DNA of 63,204 nt, filler included, from Vannella sp. (taxonomy: Eukaryota), in the NCBI GenBank assembly GCA_023345925.1. It is 7 parts of 7 records of this genome, joined end to end, with 100 filler letters (N's around TTAATTAATTAA, not from the genome) between each part and the next. Parts side by side here need not be neighbours in the genome. Positions count along the whole stretch, not along the records: positions 52,720 to 59,967 come from JAJQQN010001028.1; positions 60,068 to 63,204 come from JAJQQN010000234.1; 5 more parts are not named here. One strand, 5' to 3'. The notes beneath the pieces are model-generated. The model searched no databases. It was not told where the DNA came from and worked only from the letters and a program-made list of their open reading frames with translations. The stretch's first letter is position 1. Each line of letters opens with the position of its first letter. Made by a program: the position numbers and the translations under genes. Of this stretch, positions 57,400-63,204 are shown one piece after another.

Positions 57400-59736
57400 T
57401 TACAAAAAGTGCAAACGATTGGAGAGAGCGGAATGGGGCTGGGCTTGAACGACCTGGCCCACCAAAAAAGCGAGCTTGGAGGCATACTGGCAAGGAGCTG
57501 GCACTCGAATAGCTCCCGCGCAGTTGAAGTATAGGTGGGCCAGTTTGAATGTGAGATCCTGCAAGTTTGCCGGAAGCATTCCAACCTCGTCCAGTAGAAC
57601 GTGATAGTGAGTAGGAGAAGCTGTTCCTTCGGTGACGCTCTGATTGACCATGAAAAAGTCGTACAATTCTGAGTCTGTGCAGCCATTGTCCACAACTGTT
57701 CCCGGAAGAGGATTCTTCACCCCACCTTCGGAGTGATCAAAGATGCGAGTGTGAATTCTCTTCTGCACGATGACAACAGTTAACTTGGTCTGGTGGCTCT
57801 TAATCAAGAGGGCGCTTTTGAGCTGCGGGATTTCGTACTGGAGGACTTCAAGGAACTGGCCCTCGCCGACACCATCGCGGTACACGATAACCTCTCGGGG
57901 ATAGAAGCCGTTGATGGCGTTGAAGTTGTCCAATGCCTCTGCAAAACAGGAAGATAGTTGGTCCACGATCGCCTGGCCAACATCCTGGAATCTCACTGTA
58001 CTGAAATACTTGGTGAATTGGGTGTTTGTAGTCGCAGTGAAGCCCACAACAGACCGCTGGCCGCGGCCCATGTCACTTTGAGTGTCGTGACTTTGGGCAA
58101 CGCCAATAATCATCATTTTAGAAAGAGGAGAGGGGATTGGGACATTCCAAGATTCTCCTCCTAACTTGCAATTGATCTGCTGGACGATCCTAGAGACGAT
58201 AAATCTGACCTTAGGAATGCTTTCATATGCACGATTTCTCATCGTTTTGGACAAAACGCATTGGGATGGGATCCCGAGTCGGTGGCAACACAACTGCTTG
58301 ATCGCCGAGTACGAAGGGCTTTCTTTGTTCTTGAGCATACATACCACCAGTGCTCTATCTTTTGTAGCATTCCGAAGAATGGCCTGCTCAAATTGACGGG
58401 GATCGTCCCGTTGAATCTCGACCTGGACCGGCATTCTAACGACGATACCAAGCTTCTCAGACTCATACTGGATGTGAAAAAGAAGTTGCTTTGCTTGAAT
58501 AGATACCTCAGAAGGGTAGATGAGGACAAAATTTTGCACAGCGACAGTTTCAGATAAGGAGTCGACTGTCCAGGAGGCAGTATCTCCAGCATTGATTGGC
58601 TTCTTACCAAGGTTGATAAGTTCAGGGATAATATAGCGCCCTCTTACTTTCAGGGGCTCAATAGAAGGCATCACGTTCCACGAAGAGAGCGTCTCCATGG
58701 CAGCACAAGACACTTTGATGGAGTTCAAGAAACTCGTGATTTCTTGAAACCTCTCTAAGGGCCCCAACCGCGTGAGCTTAATCAAATCAGTCATAGCTCT
58801 GAAGTCCATCCGCATCTCCTTGGTTATTCCGGTCAAGTAGCAAAGCTCTGGTACGAGGAACACTTTTTGACCGGAGCGACGATCAACGTGCAGCAGAAGA
58901 GGCTGATTCAGATTGCCAATCGCCAACTGATACACGCTCTTGTAGTACTGAATAAAGGTGCCCTGGTTTCCCCGGCCAAAAGTCGCCAAGGGAGTGAGAT
59001 CCCATTCAATCTTATCAATCCGATAAGTTCGGTTGTTGTAACGAGTTTGCACAATCTGGCCCTCAAGGAGGTTCGAAAGGTGGTTCTTAGCCTTCGCTGA
59101 GTCACTGTAAGCTTCCCATTCATCGAAGATCATGTCCAGTACAGTGTCTGTTCGGAGAATCTTGTGCGCCAGGTCCACACACAAAGTGGCTCCTCGCATT
59201 GTGTTATGAATCGAAGTGCCAAAACCATGCCATGCTCTAATCATATATCTTTGCATGTGAACAGCATCTTGGGAACTGTAGAATGGGCGTGTGAGTGTGA
59301 ATCCCAAGTGAGTCGAGATCTTGTGTAGAAGTAGAGCATAGACTCGCAGAGGAATGTCCGTAGACGCGAATTGCTTGATTTCTCGGAGTGTAAGTTGATA
59401 CTTCTTGCCACAAGAGTAGCAATCCAGGGTCAAGTCCTCCATTGGACTGTTAGTAAACATGAGACTATGCCCATCAAAGAGGTAATGTGAGCCCAGAACG
59501 TCACGGTGTTGCTCTAGAAGGAGGTGACGATGTTTCTCTCGCAGGGTTTCAGGGGTGATGGTAACTTGGAACTGAAAGACCACACGTGCAGTGATACTTA
59601 GGGAGAAGTGGTTTACTGTACATCTTAGGAAGCTTTCTAGAGGGGCCAAGCTTGGTCGTTTCGCAAGCAGAAGGCTTTGGTTTTCCGGGAGAGGAGCAAC
59701 TGGCAGGGTAGACATGTCGAAGGGAATGAGATACAT
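57400..59736 (-). CDS. Piwi-clade Argonaute (N-PAZ-MID-PIWI), intronless
   Basis: LCVDLAHKILR, TRYNNRTYRIDKIEW, LVPELCYLTG, YSAIK..PSQCV, QQINCKLGG, YRDGVGEGQ, YDFFMVNQ..GTASPTHY and IRVPAPCQYA..LHFL. Confidence 0.95.
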   Translation of the reverse strand: MYLIPFDMSTLPVAPLPENQSLLLAKRPSLAPLESFLRCTVNHFSLSITARVVFQFQVTITPETLREKHRHLLLEQHRDVLGSHYLFDGHSLMFTNSPMEDLTLDCYSCGKKYQLTLREIKQFASTDIPLRVYALLLHKISTHLGFTLTRPFYSSQDAVHMQRYMIRAWHGFGTSIHNTMRGATLCVDLAHKILRTDTVLDMIFDEWEAYSDSAKAKNHLSNLLEGQIVQTRYNNRTYRIDKIEWDLTPLATFGRGNQGTFIQYYKSVYQLAIGNLNQPLLLHVDRRSGQKVFLVPELCYLTGITKEMRMDFRAMTDLIKLTRLGPLERFQEITSFLNSIKVSCAAMETLSSWNVMPSIEPLKVRGRYIIPELINLGKKPINAGDTASWTVDSLSETVAVQNFVLIYPSEVSIQAKQLLFHIQYESEKLGIVVRMPVQVEIQRDDPRQFEQAILRNATKDRALVVCMLKNKESPSYSAIKQLCCHRLGIPSQCVLSKTMRNRAYESIPKVRFIVSRIVQQINCKLGGESWNVPIPSPLSKMMIIGVAQSHDTQSDMGRGQRSVVGFTATTNTQFTKYFSTVRFQDVGQAIVDQLSSCFAEALDNFNAINGFYPREVIVYRDGVGEGQFLEVLQYEIPQLKSALLIKSHQTKLTVVIVQKRIHTRIFDHSEGGVKNPLPGTVVDNGCTDSELYDFFMVNQSVTEGTASPTHYHVLLDEVGMLPANLQDLTFKLAHLYFNCAGAIRVPAPCQYASKLAFLVGQVVQAQPHSALSNRLHFL

Positions 59737-59967
59737 CCCAAGAATACACAGCGACGAAAGAATAATGAAAGTCCCTCTTAAGATTCCGAAAGACAGACAT
59801 CCTTCCCCTGACCAGGGGAAGCTTCAGAGTGACATCCTCCCCACAGCTCTTACAAAATAACTACAAATAAATCCTAAGCTAAGGAGACTCTGCCTTTATG
59901 ATAGCAGAGGATGTAAGTCAAGTAAGAGTGGTTAGACGATCCTCTCGAGCTCTCGGGAGTAGAGAAG

Positions 59968-60067
59968 NNNNNNNNNNNNNNNNNNNNNNNNNNNNNNNNN
60001 NNNNNNNNNNNTTAATTAATTAANNNNNNNNNNNNNNNNNNNNNNNNNNNNNNNNNNNNNNNNNNNN
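59968..60067. other. Artificial contig linker
   Basis: N44-TTAATTAATTAA-N44. Confidence 0.99.
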
Positions 60068-60080
60068 ACGAGGCGTCCAC

Positions 60081-62714
60081 TTGTCAATCAATATCATGGG
60101 CGGAGACTCTCTCGCATTGAGTCTTCAGCGCGCTCGAGGAGCTTGTGGAGACACTTCTTACCATGGCATCCTACAGTTCGCCATTGGTCACTCTATTCGC
60201 GTTGAGAACCACTCTCTTTGTCAAACAGAGGAAGGAGTTCTACTCAGTTTCGAGATGTTGCCATCGCCACCACAGCCTTTCGGAGCACAGCCTTTCGGAG
60301 CACAGCCTTTTGGAGCACAAGGAGAATTCAAGACGCAAACGACGCGTTGGGTGATTGTCCTATTCTCTGAAGCAGAAGGGCGCATCATCCGAATGGAGAT
60401 TTCCGAAGGAGCAACTTTGGAGATTCTGCAGCCTTCTAAGCGGACTGAACTCGCCCACTTTGTAAGCTTATTGCCGCTCTGTCGAAAGGAAAGATGGGAG
60501 AACGTTTGGAGGATTTGTATCATCGTCAAGGTGGACGGAACACGAGGAGAAGATAGGAAACTGGATCTCGAGGTTCAGTACACGATCCCCGCTTCTGGCC
60601 TTCAGAAAGAGGTGACGTATCTTCTCCACCCTGATTTGAAGCGCCTCTCTGTTCAAATGCTTCTGAGTAACGATTCGAGTGAACAATGGAACGATGTCCA
60701 GGTGTCTGTGGAGGATGCCAAGGCAAATCCCGGGGAGCCTCATCTTATGACTGTACCGCCTGGACATTTGGCCCTGGTCCCGCTACCAGAGTGTTCCCTT
60801 TCTATTCGAAAACTCTACGCTGTGAATGGTGTGTTTTGGGAGGTGGAGAACCTGAGTGCCTACCACGTGAAAAGAGGGCAACTTCGTTCTGTCCCGTCAT
60901 GTTTGGCACTTGCTTCCGGCACTTTGGAGCCTCACGGCAAGTCCATCATCGGTCCAATCCATTCTTCTCAGTCCAAACTGTTGTTCTTTGCCAAACGCCG
61001 TTGGTCCAAGCCGTCGTTCGAAACTGAGCTCCATTTCAGCTCCAAGGACAACGGGATGATTACAGTGAACGCTGAAGGGAAGAGAGAAGTGGAGAGAATC
61101 ACAACTCATCAAATTATCAACAGCACCGAAAAGGATTTGGATGGAATCTTCCTCTATGAAGGAGCCGATACTAATCCTCTGATTAGCAAGATTTCCTCCA
61201 AGATTGTCACGGAGCCAGAAGACTTAAAACTCACAGCCAAATTGCCAATTGATATCAATAGTTTCTGCAAATCTGAGTACGAAGTCCATATCCCTGCCAA
61301 AAGTCAAGTGACTATTTCCTTCTCTGAGGTCTTCAAAGAGGTCTGTCAATCCACTTGCAGTCCCTCTAGCGAGGAGTTTGCCAAGCTTATCAAGCGCCTC
61401 AATAAGGAGGACGAAGCAACTCAAATCATTGAGAGCTGCCTTGCTCTGGAGAAGCAAGCAATGAAGCTGTCAGAGAAGATCCAAAGCTTACGGGATGAAA
61501 TCCAAAGAGACCAGCAATTCATCGAGAGAACCTCCAGAGCTCTTTCAGCAGATGGGTCACAGATAAGCCCGATGATGTCTCCAATGCTAGCGGAGTTGTT
61601 CGAAAAGCAACGCCAAGGCAACGCTTTGAATCTTGAATTGGAAAAAGTCTTGTCGGAACAAGAGTCCTTCTTTCCACAGCTACTTTCGCTTCGAGCTGTT
61701 GTCCCTGCAGAGGCGGAGAAGGAAGGCAAACAAGAAACTGACGAGTCCTTCACCCCCGGAGGCATTCGGTGTGCTCTTACTAATAATCCCGCAAATGACG
61801 AAGTAGGATGGCCTCAAATGGGACTGTTTGGTGGGCAAACGAACACTCAGCCTCCCAGCGGCTTCTCTTTCAGTGGAGCTTATCCCCCAACGGCATCCGT
61901 CTTTGAGGAAGCTACGGGAAATCTTCCAGCATCTTCTTTTACTGAAAGCTTTGGTAATCCGGCACCCATTGCTTCTGAAATCTCTTTTGGAGCGCCCCTT
62001 GGTTTCAGATCCGGCTTTGGAGCAGGTTTTGGTTCAACATCCACTATCTCTAACTCATCCATTGAAAGACCCACACCTCTCTTTGGCGCACCTGCTACTT
62101 CCGCTGGGGTTTCTTCTGCCTCTGATTCATGGGCTGGTGGTTTCTTTGGTTCTGGAAGCCTCTCTACTTCTGAATCCTCAAACGGTGCATCTGCCTTTGG
62201 AGTACCTGTTACTTCTACCGGCTTTGGTACCGTCTCTGATTCGTGGGCTGGTTCTGGAAATCCTCCTTCTGCTGGCTTTGGTTTCGGAAACCCTTCTACT
62301 GCTAGCTTTGGTGTCGTCTCTGATTCGTCGGCTGGTTCTGAAATCCCTTCTTCTGCTGGCTTCGGTTTCGGAAACCCTTCTACTCCAGAATGCTCTTTTG
62401 GTGCATCTACCTTTGGAGCACCGGTTAATTCTACCGGCTTTGGCGTCGTCTCTGATACATGGGCTGGTTCTGGAACCCCATCTTCTCCTGGGTTCAGTTT
62501 TGGAACCCCTTCTACTCCAGAATACTCTCTCGGTGCAACTGCATTTGGTACTGTCACTCCTAGAAGTCCTTTCGGGGCATCTTCTGCTGATCCCTTTAAC
62601 AGTTCGCCCCAATTAACAGTGGTTGATGGTACCCAGATCGCTGCCATAACAGCTATGCCAGAGAATCAGGAAACTTCCTTAAAGGAAGAGTCGCGATTCC
62701 AGCATTCCTCTTGA
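60081..62714 (+). CDS. Chimeric protein with DUF4139-like beta domain, coiled coil, FG-repeat region and GLEBS-like C-terminus (5' end uncertain)
   Basis: LEVQY..LSNDSSEQWNDVQVSV and YEVHIPAKSQVTISF; many FG dipeptides (GFGFG, SFG, AFG); C-terminal AITAMPENQETSLKEESRFQ. Confidence 0.55.
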   Translation: MSINIMGGDSLALSLQRARGACGDTSYHGILQFAIGHSIRVENHSLCQTEEGVLLSFEMLPSPPQPFGAQPFGAQPFGAQGEFKTQTTRWVIVLFSEAEGRIIRMEISEGATLEILQPSKRTELAHFVSLLPLCRKERWENVWRICIIVKVDGTRGEDRKLDLEVQYTIPASGLQKEVTYLLHPDLKRLSVQMLLSNDSSEQWNDVQVSVEDAKANPGEPHLMTVPPGHLALVPLPECSLSIRKLYAVNGVFWEVENLSAYHVKRGQLRSVPSCLALASGTLEPHGKSIIGPIHSSQSKLLFFAKRRWSKPSFETELHFSSKDNGMITVNAEGKREVERITTHQIINSTEKDLDGIFLYEGADTNPLISKISSKIVTEPEDLKLTAKLPIDINSFCKSEYEVHIPAKSQVTISFSEVFKEVCQSTCSPSSEEFAKLIKRLNKEDEATQIIESCLALEKQAMKLSEKIQSLRDEIQRDQQFIERTSRALSADGSQISPMMSPMLAELFEKQRQGNALNLELEKVLSEQESFFPQLLSLRAVVPAEAEKEGKQETDESFTPGGIRCALTNNPANDEVGWPQMGLFGGQTNTQPPSGFSFSGAYPPTASVFEEATGNLPASSFTESFGNPAPIASEISFGAPLGFRSGFGAGFGSTSTISNSSIERPTPLFGAPATSAGVSSASDSWAGGFFGSGSLSTSESSNGASAFGVPVTSTGFGTVSDSWAGSGNPPSAGFGFGNPSTASFGVVSDSSAGSEIPSSAGFGFGNPSTPECSFGASTFGAPVNSTGFGVVSDTWAGSGTPSSPGFSFGTPSTPEYSLGATAFGTVTPRSPFGASSADPFNSSPQLTVVDGTQIAAITAMPENQETSLKEESRFQHSS
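60271..60319 (+). repeat. 15-nt tandem repeat x3 (CACAGCCTTT[CT]GGAG), encoding QPFGA
   Basis: Seen directly. Confidence 0.9.
62090..62525 (+). repeat. Degenerate coding tandem repeats (VSDSWAGSG..PSSAGFGFGNPST)
   Basis: TCTGAT..TGGGCTGG..TCTGGAA and GGTTTCGGAAACCCTTCTACT recur several times. Confidence 0.75.
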
Positions 62715-63204
62715 TTCTATTCTGTGCAATGAAGAGGCTAATCTCCCTTCAGCTTGAATAAACGAGCTCTCCATTGCACCCATTGACTTGGTTGGGAATC
62801 GCCACTTTGAGGTGTTCATGACAAAGCCATATTCAAATAGTATCGAACCTAGATTGTTGAAGAGAGTGCTATTCGGCCTGATTGCAGTTGGACCAAAAGC
62901 CAAATCGACAATCCGAAGGATCTTCCGCTAGCTTCAAGGATAGCACTATCCATCTGTATTGCACAACACTTCCGACTTTTGTTGCACAACCTAAGGATCG
63001 TCACTCGGAGGTGTTTTCGAATAATTGAGAGAGACTCCGCACAAGCGGATGAGAAGTGAAAGCTTGGCCTCTTAGAGCGTTGGTGAGTTATCCTGGCGTG
63101 GTCTCCAAGTTTTTTGGCCCTTCTTTGCTCTCTTTGAACTTCAACCTCTCTTTGCTACTCTTTGTTTTGGCCGAATATGTATTGAATTGATGAAGATGGG
63201 ACGT

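Noticed and set aside
52782..59736. P450 fusion and Piwi as a functional cluster or prokaryotic Argonaute defence system
   Set aside because: The Argonaute is a eukaryotic Piwi-clade protein, the genes are convergent, and nothing links their functions.
15678..60067. Six identical TTAATTAATTAA motifs flanked by Ns, superficially like a repeat array
   Set aside because: These are artificial 100-nt concatenation linkers with stops in all frames. Gene neighbourhoods across them are not real, so no cross-contig cluster is claimed.
61828..62647. Long alternate-frame and antisense ORFs (Leu-rich 262 aa; PKPxxEG repeat 255 aa)
   Set aside because: They are shadows of the repetitive FG-coding frame.
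62679..63204. Open minus-strand frame at the window end
   Set aside because: No recognisable motif and an ambiguous frame; cannot be supported as a CDS.

Overview
This window is not contiguous. It holds seven eukaryotic contigs joined by six artificial 100-nt linkers (N44-TTAATTAATTAA-N44 at 15678, 22572, 28274, 45287, 52620 and 59968), so adjacency across a linker has no biological meaning. The DNA is gene-dense and roughly balanced in GC, with tiny GT-AG introns (about 42-72 nt) and very short intergenic spacers. A Shk-type TKL-SH2 kinase, a RegA-type receiver-phosphodiesterase and a Piwi-clade Argonaute point to an amoebozoan (inference). About 30 genes can be read. The ordinary ones include GCLC, a PDR-type ABCG, AATF/Bfr2, SAC3/GANP, an SPFH protein, a KMO-like monooxygenase and an RsuA-family synthase. 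The unusual genes are a DEP domain fused to a self-sufficient P450-reductase, a ZZ finger fused to a carboxylic acid reductase (A-T-R), a MavL/DUF4804-like ADP-ribose macrodomain, a coiled-coil protein ending in an Arp2/3-activating VCA tail, a slicer-dead Piwi, a pseudo-receiver RegA paralog, a DUF4139-like/FG/GLEBS chimera, and apparent orthologs of Rap1, NELF-E and plant OM47. The unusual non-genic features are a 63-bp circularly permuted inverted insertion, a DD35D pogo element and an AT-rich foreign-looking fragment. All family calls come from motif recognition by eye; no database search was run.
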